Assembly (NCBI RefSeq): GCF_037042905.1
Contig: NC_087251.1
Span: 620,001-684,000, forward strand
Source: Lytechinus pictus
Taxonomy: Eukaryota
Direction of reading: 5' to 3'
Length of the DNA: 64,000 nucleotides
Part shown: one piece after another, positions 38,726 through 51,176 of the stretch
How the letters are laid out: every line of letters begins with the position of its first letter
Position numbering within the stretch: position 1 is the first letter of the stretch
The notes under the pieces: generated by a model
The model's input: only the letters and a program-made list of their open reading frames with translations
Databases searched by the model: none
What the model was told of the DNA's origin: nothing
Program-made: the position numbers and the translations under genes

Positions 38726-41700
38726 GGCAGTGGGGAGGGGGCATGTATGCATTTTTTTTTTTTTGAGATTCCATTTGAAAATTAAAGGTAAGTCCTATAC
38801 TGAACAGTTTCACCGCGTGTTTCTCACCAAGGCGAACTTCTACTTCAAGCTATCGGTAATTACAGAGCTGCAACTCTCCAGTTGGTTCGGGATTCCACCC
38901 ATGAACCTCAAACAGTGAACGAATGAACAATAACCAGGTAACATAATGGCATACGATGTCAATGGACAAAATTGTCTCCTTATGTCTATTTCTCGTAAGG
39001 TTTCCATTACAGTGAGGCAAACATTATTTTGATTACATGGTGACTTCTTAAAAGTTGCCTAAGACTAAGTGTGGGATTTTTAAGGGGAAGGAAACACGCT
39101 GCATGGATTTTCTCCAAGAAACGTGATTTTTGAAACTTGTAAGAATGATGGTTTTTGGTAGGACTACATTTTTCAAAATTTTAAAGAAAAATTGAATTTT
39201 AGGCTTGAAGAAAGGTTAAAAAGAAGAGGATTTGTTTTCACAATTAGGTAATTGGCTGATCTACTTTTCCACTCCTGTCCTTCCGAGCTAGCATGTACAC
39301 CCTTTACATGATGTCCTGATCCTTACTCTTAACCTAACAATAGATATCGATTGACCTATATATCTTTATAAACCACATCCGGTATAACGTATGCTTCCAC
39401 ACATTTGCTAAGAATTTGATGTCCGACTTTGTACTCGACCCCCCCCCCCCCCCCCCCCATAAACATAAAATTCCGCGATTTACCCCCAAGTTTAATCCTG
39501 GCCAGGCATTACTTTTTAGTACCAGAAAGTACTAATTAGTTCAAATGCCCGTAAAAGAATAACAATAAAATAAGCAGAGAACGAAATAAACGAAAATCCC
39601 TACTCCACAACCTGAGCCTATATAGAAATAGAAAGGCTCTGCCAAAGATCAGGCAAAAGCAGAACTTGTTCTTGTACTTTGTAGTTGTACAAGTGACTAG
39701 ACCCTTTCACTCCAGTCGAGACGACGGTGGATCTACCGGTACCGGTAGGCGGTACATTACAGTCAACGGGCTCAACGCGTGTGCAGCCGTCCGGACTTGG
39801 AAGTTGTGTTAAACAATTCCACGGCACGCACAAAATTTACAATTTGAAGCCAGCCCTAGGAGAAATATACCAAAATCGCAAACAAATGCATATTTCTAAT
39901 ACCGGAGTATAAATAAAACTTCAATGCATGACCGATTGCGGCCCTTTATGTGATAGTCGCTTCTCTCCAAGACAGTAGTTGGATCTAATTTTAACAGATA
40001 GACAGACACGAGTCTTAATATGGTATCTGCAAAATGCAAATAAAAAATCAATGCAGTCGAGCCATAATTTGAAAATTACGAGGAAATTAATTACGAGCAA
40101 TTAAGTCAAATATATTAGCGTTCAGAAAATTTTGAATACCTTCAGAGCCCGGGGGGGGGGGTGTTCTCACGAAATAAGGCATACGGGGATGTGCCGCTGG
40201 AATGGGTCGCTTTTTTTTGTTGAAGAAATCCCTAAACGTGGGGTTTGGTTTTATGCTGGAAATTCCCTAAACATGGCCCTAATTTTTAGATACTGGCCTT
40301 AAACATGGGTCCATATTCTCCATTTTTTTTTTTTTTTTGGGGGGGAGGGGTTCAAATTTTAATAAATCCCTAATAATGGGTACCTTTTAGCCGTGGGTAT
40401 TGGTTTTGAACCTTCAGCCGCACACCCCCGTCCCCCGATGTAGAGGCAGAGGAAACGTTGAAACGAATAGAAAGGAAGAGAGTAGTTGGAGCCGAGGTTG
40501 GGCACAACGAATGGTGAAAATAAAATAAAATAGAATATAATAAAAGCCATTTTGTCAGGATTAAAACATGTTCTACGCAACCTTATAATAATAATAAATG
40601 TGGACAGTGCATGGGGCCTCAGATCAGCTTGCATAATAGGTTATACCCCCTGGTTATTTTTCCCGTATTTTATATCCCGCCCGGGGAAGGGGGTCTGATC
40701 AGGCCAATATAAATTGTTATTACCCAACTGTTGGACCAGCTAGATTTGCACCACGGGGGGGGGGGGGGGGGGGGGGCTTTAATTAACCAATTTGTCTATA
40801 CTATAATTTTTTATTATTTATGTTTAATTAATAAATCATCACATACCAATCCTTTACATCAAAGTGTTCACAATAAATTTAATGATAAATCATAATTACG
40901 AAAGATTGAAGTGATCAGGAAAATAAAGAGGGGAAAAAAGAGATAGAAGGCAGAGTACATACATATCATTTCATTTAAACAAAATTATACTATTACTGTA
41001 GTCACTTGCATCGCATGTAGGCCTTTTTTTTTTATTATAACGTGATTTTTTAAATAAAATTTTGAATAAATAAACTTGAACTTGCTTTTGATACAGTGAC
41101 CTAAATGTTTTTATAATTGGTTATTTGGCCAACCTCTCCTTCCGCCCCCCCCCCCCCCCCCCCCGTTCTGTTTATGTTTCTTTCATTTTTTTAAAAAATA
41201 TTCTTTAACAGATCCTTACCTTCCTCTTGCTCTTTCTCCCCTCCATCTCCGACTTCTTCTCTGAGTAATCACTTTCTTCATTTCCGCTGACAATGGGGAA
41301 GGGGTGCAGCTCCTTTGTCTCCTTACAAGAGGAGTTGCACCCTGATAGGGCAAAATGTTTTCCTTTTAAGGGAGACCACCCTGATGTGCAAGTTTAATGA
41401 AGTGCATACTTTCAAAGTAATGACATTTCAGAAACTTTTTAAATTTTGCTGAGATTTGATATAAACGAGACGACACTCAAAACTTCTTTTTCTGAAATCT
41501 TGTACCATTATTTGAGAACTCAGATGGCGTATTATCAATAAATCATGTCATCGACCTTGGCACTCTTCATCAATACAGCAAATCAGATGATCGATTGATA
41601 CACGCTTGTAAAAAGTAAAACACATACATTAATTATTTAATTGATTTATCCTTTTTTTCTCATAACTGTCTTGAAGATAAAATAGGCGTAATGTTTTTTT

Positions 41701-42019
41701 ATCATGAAGACCATTCAGGGTTAATTCACATTCAAACCGCTACGTTTGAGATCTGAGTATAACTTCAATTGAAACGGATTCTTCCTATTGTTGGCTGCTT
41801 TGTGATTTTCACACCTTCGTCCATTGTTCTCAAAACGTGCTAGACGGCGTAATTGACGAATATTGATCCCAGTCAGGTTCAACAGGTCGTAGTAGCTATA
41901 TAGGGTCATTAACTTCAACCATACACCAACGCTTCTATAACACAGTATACGTGCAGGCACATTATGGCCCACTCTAGACCGTTGCATGAAATCCCCCGAA
42001 ATCACTCATTATGCAGTGA

Positions 42020-43342
42020 CTATATTTCTTAGTTCTAAAGGATCAAGGTATATGAAATATATTTTAATTCCTTTATTAGCACCTCAAAACAATTTTGAAA
42101 CATGTCCTGATCATTCGTTCATTAATCTGAGATGTTTGTGACTTCTCTTTTATTTTATTTCCTTTTCGCCGTTGACGGAATATGATTGCTTCTTCTATAT
42201 TTCTTAGAGAATTTATAACGAAAGGTATATACAATATATTTTAACTCTTAAGCACCTCTCGGCTAAAATAAAAGAGAAGTCACAAACATCTCAGATTAAG
42301 GAACGAATGATCAGGACATGTTTCAAAATTGATTTGAGGTGCAAGGAGTTAAAATATATCTTATATATCTTTTGTTATATAAACTCTCTAAGAAATATAA
42401 AGAAACATTCCGACAACGGCAAAAGGAAATAAAATAGAAGTCACAAACATCTCAGATTAAGGAACGAATGATCAGGACATGTTTCAAAATTGATTTGTGG
42501 TGCAAGGAGTTAAAATATATTTTATATACCTTTCTTTATGAGCCCTCTATTGGGGTGTTGCAAGAAACTTGCGATCAATTGCAAGTCTATTCTTGGTCCC
42601 TAAATCAATCATAAGTCTTGTAATTAATTGCAAATGAGTGATTGATTGTTAATCTGCTCCTTGAAACAAGAAGTTTAATCTGATTTGCTACAGCTAACGT
42701 TGTAAAAATCAGTTGTGAAATTGCAACAGAATATTTGCAATTGAATTGCAAATATTTTCTTGCAACACCCCCTAAGAAATATATATATAAATATGAAACA
42801 TTATTCCGAAAACGGCAAAAGGAAATTAAATAGAAGTCACAAACATCTCAGATTAATGAACGAATGATCAGGACATGTTTCAAAATTGTTTTGAGATGCT
42901 AAGGAGTTAAAATATATATTATATACCTTTCGATGTGAACTCTCTAAGAAAGATAAATGAAGCACTATTCCGAGAACGGCAAATAAGAAACAAAATAAAA
43001 GAGAATTCACAAACATCTCAGATTAATGAACGAATGACCAGGATATGTTTCAAAATTGTTTTGAGGTGCTAAGGAGTAAAAATGTATTTTATATACCTTT
43101 TGTTATAAACTCTCTAAGAAATATAAAGAAACATTCCGACAACGGCAAAAGGAAATAAAATAGAAGTCACAAACATCTCAGATTTAATGAACGAATGATC
43201 AGGACATGTTTCAAAATTGTTTTGAGATGCTATAAGGAGTTAACATATATTTTATATACCTTTTGTTATGAACTCTCTAAGAAATATAAAAGAAGCATTA
43301 TTCTGACAATGGCGAAAAGGAAATGAAATAAAAGAGAAGTCA
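42020..43342. repeat. ~165-175-bp tandem array with first unit inverted
   Basis: AGAAGTCACAAACATCTCAGATT at ~42275, 42436, 42832, 43002, 43162; reverse-complement unit at 42020-42150. Confidence 0.88.
42552..42771. mobile_element. Small palindromic MITE inserted in the tandem array
   Basis: GGGGTGTTGCAAGAAA ... TTTCTTGCAACACCCC; no clear TSD. Confidence 0.75.
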
Positions 43343-44168
43343 CCATGATGTTCCCCCTCTTTTTGTGTTCAAATATCACGCATTGAGCTAATAATGCCCG
43401 AGCACAATTATAAAAAAAATCCTGTTCGTGTTACCATGATATGACCGAGATTTTTTTTGCTCTTGCCCCCCCCCCCCCCCCCCGGCCACCGACCCTGGCT
43501 GTACGCTGATACGCCCCTGATGGGTAGATCTAGACTATCAGAAATAAAACTATTAGAATTTAACCAATTGTTTTTTTTTTTCAATACAAGTGGCCTAACG
43601 TTTGAGCGAAATTGACATTTTTCCCCCAAAAAATAAATCATAGAGGTTTCCGTTCTTCGCGTGCATAGGAAAGGAAAATGCTTTATTTTGTAGCTTACAT
43701 CTTGCCTTTCACACTTTGAGCTCTTCTTCGAAATTTCAGAGCATCTATGTCATTTGCGGGTAGTATTTACTTCTCCCTTGCTGCATAGCATACTTGTCTT
43801 CTACTCCGGGCTTCTACTCTGTTTTTAGTGCTGCTGAATATTTTTCTATCAAATCATGTGATTATACTAAAGTAGGCATTTGTTATCATTTTTCATAATA
43901 CAATTAAGCATCCGCGCTTAGTATACTACACCATCAAAGGGATCTTGAAGACTTGACAGAAACAGGGGCGGGATCCAGCTTCCGCAAATAAGGGGGGGGG
44001 GTTTAACCAGTTCCCTGAACTGCAGGTAAAAGCTGATTTTGGTGGTTTCTTTAAACAGTTGAAGATGTAGCCGTGATAGTTACTTTAATTGCTTTACTCT
44101 TACATGTAACAAGTTCATGGTTGATACTCACAACACAGGGGTACAACACCCGCGTATTATCTTGTATC

Positions 44169-44633
44169 CACTGGCGGATCCAGACGGCCCTTGCCCCCCC
44201 CCCCCCCCCCCACTTTCGAGAAGCACCATGAATATTTGTAAATGTAAAAATGCTGTGAAAACAAAAGTGTGGCCTCTTTTGAAAGTGAAGACATTTATTT
44301 TATTTTCTAAAAATTTATTTCTGCTTGTCAACAACTTTCTTAGACGAAATGTCATAATTTTGGGTTGAAAAACTTTTTTTTTTTGCTCATGGACGAAATG
44401 TCTTTATTTAAGTTGAAACTTTTTTTTTCCTGTCATTTTTTTCCTCGGGGGAAATGTGCCCCCCCCCCCTGAAAAATCCTGGATCCTACCTCAAATGATG
44501 TTCATGCAGGCTCCACTTCACTACCGCTACACTACGCTCCACCTACCCGACTACTATAGATGGAACGTCGTGTAGCGGTAGTGAAGTGGAGTGGAGCCTG
44601 CACGAACATCACTTGAGGTAGGATCCGCCCCTG
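44169..44633. mobile_element. hAT-type MITE, 8-bp TSD
   Basis: CTTGTATC|CACTGGCGGATCC ... GGATCCGCCCCTG|CTTGTATC. Confidence 0.85.
44487..44620. mobile_element. 134-bp hairpin MITE with 6-bp TSD (IS3EU-like)
   Basis: GGATCC|TACCTCAA ... TTGAGGTA|GGATCC; arms match the ends of 18342-18897. Confidence 0.85.
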
Positions 44634-46477
44634 CTTGTATCCGTGGGTTGGTCTCGCTTGCACAAACTACACGCATTTAAAGAGAGTGAAACAAGATAAG
44701 AAAATTGAGAATTCTTAAAAAGTGACACTAGTTAAAACGAGTATATTAATGAATCATGGGGAAAACAACTGAACTCCAAATCAGAACGGATCGAGCTTCA
44801 TGATGGCACGAGACGAGTGTTCTGGCATCTCCGAGGTCTGGCCAAACCAAGTCACCTCCTCGGAGACGGCTTGAGTTTGTTGACTTGTCAACTAGCGCAC
44901 CGTTAATCAACCCAAATCGACACCCTTGGATTTCCTGGATTTCGATCTCCGTGAGGGTAGTAAATTTCAAGATATTTACACGAGGTTTTAGTAAAACATC
45001 GGCGCGCCGATTCATCTTATTATGACAATCTTCCTGTTTATTGCGCTATTATCGCGTTCATTATCGCGATAATAATGCGACGTACGTCTACGAGGTACTT
45101 TTTTTTTTGTTTTTGTTTGATATCCTTCCGCGCTGGCAATAACGCGCGTGAACGTTAATGAAAAAATAAACGCAGTACGGGCCGGTGCGGCGTTACGTCC
45201 GTTAATGGTGTCAACTTTATTTTGAGCGATACTGTAGATTATAATTTGACCCTTATAACCATAGTTTAGACACCGAAATCATATATCACAGGCGGATATA
45301 AAATGAGCTATGCCACTTTTAAGTATCAGCAGCCATTTTAGAATCAATTTTTGGAAGCCATATTTGATTTTTGGTCATACCAGGCCACCGACTGTCCTTG
45401 TAACTTGCCCAAATATATTAATTGATCCTTGAAACCAGTGGTTTAGACACGGAAATCACATCTCCCAGGCCGATATGAAATGAGCTATGTCCGCTTTAAG
45501 TATTAGCAGCCATTTCAGAATCAATTTTTGGAATCCATCGGAGATTTTTGCACATACCAGACCACTGACTTTCCTTGTAACTTGTCTCAATGTAATATTT
45601 GACCACTTTAACCATGGTATACTATAGATACAAAAATCATATTTCTGGATATTGAGTAATTTATGTCGGTTTTTTTAAGTAGCAACAGCCATTCTAAACT
45701 CCCTTTTTGGAAGCCATCTTGGATTTTTGGACACACCAGACCACTGGCTGTCCTTGTAACTTGTTCCATTGTACTACTTCACCCATAAAACCATTGAATA
45801 AAAACCAAAATTAAAGCCACTTAGATGAATTGTGGATTTTCAGTCTACGGCATCCATTTTGGGCGCCATCTTGGATTTTGCAGGTACACTGGAGGGCATA
45901 AATTCACTCTAGCCTGTATCAACAATTTTTGTACCCCCTAGACCATGAAATATGGACCGAAATAGGATCTAGGGTGGATAAAGTTTCAGTTGTATCCATA
46001 TTTAGTGATGGCGGCCATCTTGGACGCCATCTTGAAAATAACCACTTTCCCGGATGCGGATTTTGGTAGATTTTTAATATGTTGTTCCTGAGGTAAAATA
46101 GTACAAAACACCGTTGAAAAATCATTTGTTGCAATTTGTTCCGGGTAAGGGTATTTTTGGTCGTATATTGACCCGTCTATAATGTCCTGAAACTCGTGAA
46201 GCATTTACATGTACAGGCAAAGACATAATTTGCATTTTTAGCATTTTTTTTTAAAACTACTCATGAAATTCCAATGTATCAAGACTGCATTTTAAGTGAT
46301 TCTTTTGTGTTTTTCTGTCATTCACTTCATGTTACCAGCCTCCTGCTTATCTTTCTTGGTAGTAACATTTTCAATTATTTGATAAAATTCATGGCATTTT
46401 AGAGATGATTATTATATCATGCTCAATTTATACACACTCATTTCTTATTTTGTTATTGTTTCTTTTATTGCTTGCAG

Positions 46478-46486
46478 CTGAATAAG
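46478..46486 (+). CDS. ACTR2: Candidate 9-nt alternative Arp2 microexon (LNK)
   Basis: ~70-nt AG-free T-rich tract, CTCAT branch-like motif, TGC just upstream of tgcAG; CTGAATAAG; AAG|GTATAG donor; phase 0 like the host intron. Confidence 0.45.
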
Positions 46487-46932
46487 GTATAGTCTGTCTC
46501 TCCTTATTTTTTGTTGTTTTTCTTCCTGTTCATTAATGATTTTTCTTGGAGTGGTGTTGATATTTTCACTGTTGTTAAAAGTTTTTTATATATATGTTTG
46601 GATTTAGGTGTTTTGTTTAGCTTATATTAATTTTTTACCTTTTCACATCCCATTCCCCTGTTTTACATGTTCATGTATGTGTATTTTTAAATCCTTAAAC
46701 CTATTTATTGCCAGTTTATACTGTTCTAGTATCATGGTCCATTTTCATTTTATTATTACATTGTATAATGCTAGTGAGTGATGACATTATATTAATAATG
46801 ATAATTGGATATAGCACCTTTTCCAGAGGATACTAAGTGCTGCTTGAGGCATAAAGGCAAGTTAAGATTTTTGACAATCTACAAAGATGAGTAACTTACA
46901 TTGTACATCATGCACTTGAATTAACCATATTG

Positions 46933-48838
46933 CAGGGCTCCACACTAACCCATTTTTTCTACTGGTCCAACCTATTCATGTCGGACCAGTAGATACCCAG
47001 TTTTTTCAAATTTTTACTGGTCCGAACCTAAAATCTACTGGTCCCCAAAAAATAAAGAAAACATTAAAAAAAGGCGCAAGTTTATTTTTCTAGCCTTTCG
47101 TTCCCCCCCCCCCCCCCAACTAAAATGAAGGAATGAAGGACAAAAAGAAAGCAAGACATAAACGAAGAAAGAAAGAAGAAAGAAAGAAAGAAAAGAAAAA
47201 GAAAGGAAGGAAGAAAAAAAGAAATGGTAAAGAAAGGATAGATGTGAAGGAAGGAAATAAAGAAAGAACTAAAGAATGAAAGGAAGGAAGGAATAAAGAA
47301 GGAACAAAAATAAAGAAAAAAAGAAATGAAGGAAAGAAATGAAGCAATACAGAAAGAAAGAACAAATCTAGTAAGTAGTAAAGGGAAGAAAGAAGAAGCA
47401 ATAAAAAAGAAAGGACAAAAGGAGAGATGGAAAGGACAAAAGAAAGAAAGAGAGGAAGGAAGGATTGAAAGAAGGAAGAAAGGAATTAAGGAAGGAATAA
47501 AGGAAAGGTAAAATGATAGATAGAAGGAAATAAATAAAGGAAGGGAAGGAAAGAAAGAAGCAAGCAATATAAAAAAAGAAAAGGTTAAAGAATAGATGAA
47601 AGGAAGAAAAAAAGAAAGACTGAGAGACAAAAAAGGAAGGAATGAAAGAATAAAGGAGAGAAAGGAAGCAAGCAGTCAAAAAAAGGAAAGGTAAAAGGAT
47701 AAATTTAACAAACGGAAAAAGGAAAGAACAAGACAGATAGAAGAAAGGAAGGAATGAATGTAAGAAAGAGAGAAAGGGCTGGAAGAAGGAAGAAATAAAA
47801 AAAAGGGTAAATAAATGATGGATGGAAGGAAGAAAGAAACAAAGAAAGTAACAAAGAATGAAGGAAAGAAAAGGGTAAAAAGAAGGAAGGAAAGAGAGAA
47901 GAGATGAATATAGGATGGATGGACTCAAGAATTAAAGAAAGAAAAAATATCAAAAAGAAAGAAAGGAAGGAAGGAAGGAAGAAAGAAAGAACGAAAGAGA
48001 AAGGAAGGGAGGGGGGAGGAAGGAAGGAAGGAAAGAAAGAGAAAAAAGAAATAGAGAAAAAAATTAAAAAAAGAAAGACAGTAACAAAAAAATGAAAGAG
48101 AGGGAAGAAACAAAGAAAGATTGAAAAGAAAGAAGGAAAGAAAGCTAGGAAGAAAACAGAGGAAGAGAGCTAAAACTATCATCAAAATAATTTATCAGTT
48201 TCTTTTTGGCTCAATTAAAATAGCTACGAAAGAAAGTCAGAAACCAAGTGTATCAACACACACATAAATGCATATGTGGGGCTATTATGTATTCAGACGC
48301 TATCACCCGAAACCCGATCTGTTTGAACCAAAACAGAAGTGAAAATTTCTCCTTTTACTGCTTACAAATGACAGAGTTACTCCAATTTTTAGGAAATATG
48401 GACATTATAAGAGCCTTTCATGAGTATGAACCGTGAATTTTGACAGTTCTGTGAGAGATTTCTGCCAGAGTTTAGCCAAGCTTCGTTCGCGCAGCCAGTA
48501 GAAAATTTACCACGTGGGTTGTGTAGCTGGCTACATGTACACTGTATGCTACTCTAGTGTGTGTATTCTGTGTGTGAATGACAGAATTTAACGGGGGGAA
48601 ATGGTTTGCAGTGAAATTTGACCATTTCTGGAAAAGTTATTGGCCCAACAATGGATTTTATTACTGGTCATGTCGGACCCTTAAATCTTGCTATTTTTGG
48701 AAAAATCACTGGCCCGACAATGATATTTCTTACTGGTCATGTCGGACCAGTAAATCTTCCTATTTCTGAAAATCTACTGGTCCGACAGCGATTTTTACCG
48801 GTCTGGGACCGTCGGACCGCCGCTAGTGTCGAGCCCTG
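46933..48838. mobile_element. TIR element with 7-bp TSD (P-like) carrying a ~1.05-kb polypurine tract, copy 2
   Basis: CATATTG|CAGGGCTCCACACTA ... TAGTGTCGAGCCCTG|CATATTG; same orientation as 33626-35154. Confidence 0.9.
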
Positions 48839-49772
48839 CATATTGTAAGGGCAATGAAAAATATGAGAATATGTATTATGCTGAAGGTGATTGAATATGA
48901 AATGGTAGTAGGTTCATTGTACATACATGTACGCTTGTAATAATTCATGTGTGTATAATCAGACTTCTAAATAAAACAATATAATTAATAACAAAGCCAA
49001 CTCAGTGATATAAACAAAAATTGAGAAGTGTTGTCATGAATTTGATGTCATCTCTCGTAAAGTTCTTTTTGTCTTGCCCACCGGAGGTGAAGGCAAGATT
49101 AAGGGATCCAAATGCTGTCCATCATCCGTCTGTCACAAACTTTATGACAGACAACTTTGCAACTGTAGGTGGAGCATGGGAAGGTGAAAGGGAGTAGCAT
49201 TTCATGGAAAAGCTCTTCTCAAATTTTATTTGGTATTAATGTAAACATCTATACCAGATATTTCAAAATAAGGTTTGGATACAATTCTCTTACGTGACAA
49301 AGAAGATTGTGATATTTCTAGTTATTTTCACAATATTGCCATTGCCTTGTTTATTCTAATTGCATGCCTTTAATTATTCTGGCTTAACTTCTTGAAATAC
49401 AAACAAAATCTGTCTGTGAGTCGATATATGAGCATGTTTTCATTTGTTTATGCCTTGATATGTGTATATTAGCCTTTTCTCCTCAAGGTTATGGTGTTTA
49501 TGTTCATTGTACATGTACATGCTTTTAAAATGTCCTCAAGTTTAATGAATTTTCATTTTCACATTAGTATTACTACATATTCCAAACCTTTTCCCTTATC
49601 AACTCCTTAAGCATACATGTATTTTTATCATTTTCAAGTAGAATTCCCTAGCATTTTTAGCAAGTACATTATTGACTGGTCAAAAGATGAAAGTGGATAC
49701 TAAAGTGTGGAAATAATTAATTGTAAACTTAAGTCATAACATTTTCCAAAACTTGTTGAATATTCAAATTTC

Positions 49773-50568
49773 TAGGGACAGTGATTTTCCGCGATCGCGG
49801 AAAACGGACGGAATTCACGGAAAGGGTGTTTTGAAACGGAAAGTGTCATTTCAAACGGAAAATCACGGAAAACGTATTTTCCCGCAAAATACACAGAATA
49901 GCAACAGAAATTACTCCAAAATCACAACAAAATGAGAATATTAAATGGCCACAAAACCCCAGAAAACACGATCTCACTTCGCTACTTTCATGACAATTCA
50001 CACATCGTGACTGCACTCGACATCAGCACACTTGATTGTACCCCGCACTGTACCCGTACCCTGCCGGCGCCGGGTCGGTTGGGCTTCACATGCACACACA
50101 TATCGTTCACTGCACGGTCGTGTGTTGCTGCCCTCTACGTTTGAAGATGTAACAGCACGATATCGTGGTCTTAAAATCCAAGATGGCGGATTGGCAAAAG
50201 CCGTTGACTGATGATAACGATGTCCAAAAAACCCCAAAATTATCGATGAAATATCATTTCACCGTGAAATAATGGTAATAATGTGAAAGGTGAGGATGTA
50301 TGCATGCTAAATGGGGTTGGAAAAATATTTTTTGCACCCGCATAGATCCGATTAGAACGGATTCTATTGTGTTGTTGGTACAGTAGCAGATACAAATTTT
50401 GACCAGTGCGAGTGTACGGTATTCAATGTGTAAACGGAATTGTCACTTTTCCGTGTGTACAAAGTCTATGGGGAAACGGAATTTCCGTTTTCTGACATGC
50501 TGAAACGGAATTTGAGATTTTCTGAAACGGAAAAGGCAATTTTTTGAAACGGAAAATCACTGTCCCTA
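49773..50568. mobile_element. TIR element with 6-bp TSD (hAT6-like), copy 2, inverted relative to copy 1
   Basis: AATTTC|TAGGGACAGTGATTTTCCG ... CGGAAAATCACTGTCCCTA|AATTTC. Confidence 0.9.
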
Positions 50569-51176
50569 AATTTCACATATGAATTGCCTGTCGAGTATTT
50601 TTTATTTGGTATTGATCTACCAGGAAAGCGAAGATTATTCCTTGTAATTTCTGGAAATTAATTTTAAAAGTACCTCATCAGATTCAAAATAGATCTGATT
50701 GCATAAACTGTAAGTTTAGAAAGGAGACCCAAATCATAAATCCATATATACTCTATAAGTCCATAAATCCATATACATGGACATATAACTCGATGATTCT
50801 ATAACATGTTAATTGGATATTCAGTTGGCTGGCATTCGATACATTTGTATGCCTGTAAGAATGACAAATTTTCTTGGCTTCACCAGAATTTAATCATGCA
50901 GACAACATGTATACATATAGTAATAGTAGTTTAACATCAGAAATTGATCTTCCAGAGTCAAGGTGGGAGGGAATTTTCTTAATTTTCTTGGTATTTTCCA
51001 ACTTATTTAAATATAATTCCATTGACAATATATGGGCATTTCATGGATATGAATTTCTTTTCGCCACACGGTCAAATGGTTAAAGTAACAAAACAGTACC
51101 GATAATATGCTTTAAGCAGGCACTTGAATGGCATTTTAACATTTTGATTCAGCCCTAATTTGAATATATATATATA

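Larger units (their letters stand above)
37031..45234. mobile_element. 8.2-kb Tc1/mariner-type TIR element, no transposase seen
   Basis: TA|CAGTATCGCTCGAAATAAAGTTGACA ... TGTCAACTTTATTTTGAGCGATACTG|TA (26-bp TIR, 1 mismatch); splits a subunit of the host foldback. Confidence 0.88.
31967..46179. mobile_element. Foldback-type element (~3.2 kb net) expanded to 14.2 kb by nested insertions
   Basis: TAA|TAGACGGGTCGATATACG ... CGTATATTGACCCGTCTA|TAA; ~330-bp terminal inverted arms plus ~180-bp subunits (forward 32750-33600, reverse 35390-35750, 36570-37030, 45237-45850). Confidence 0.85.
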
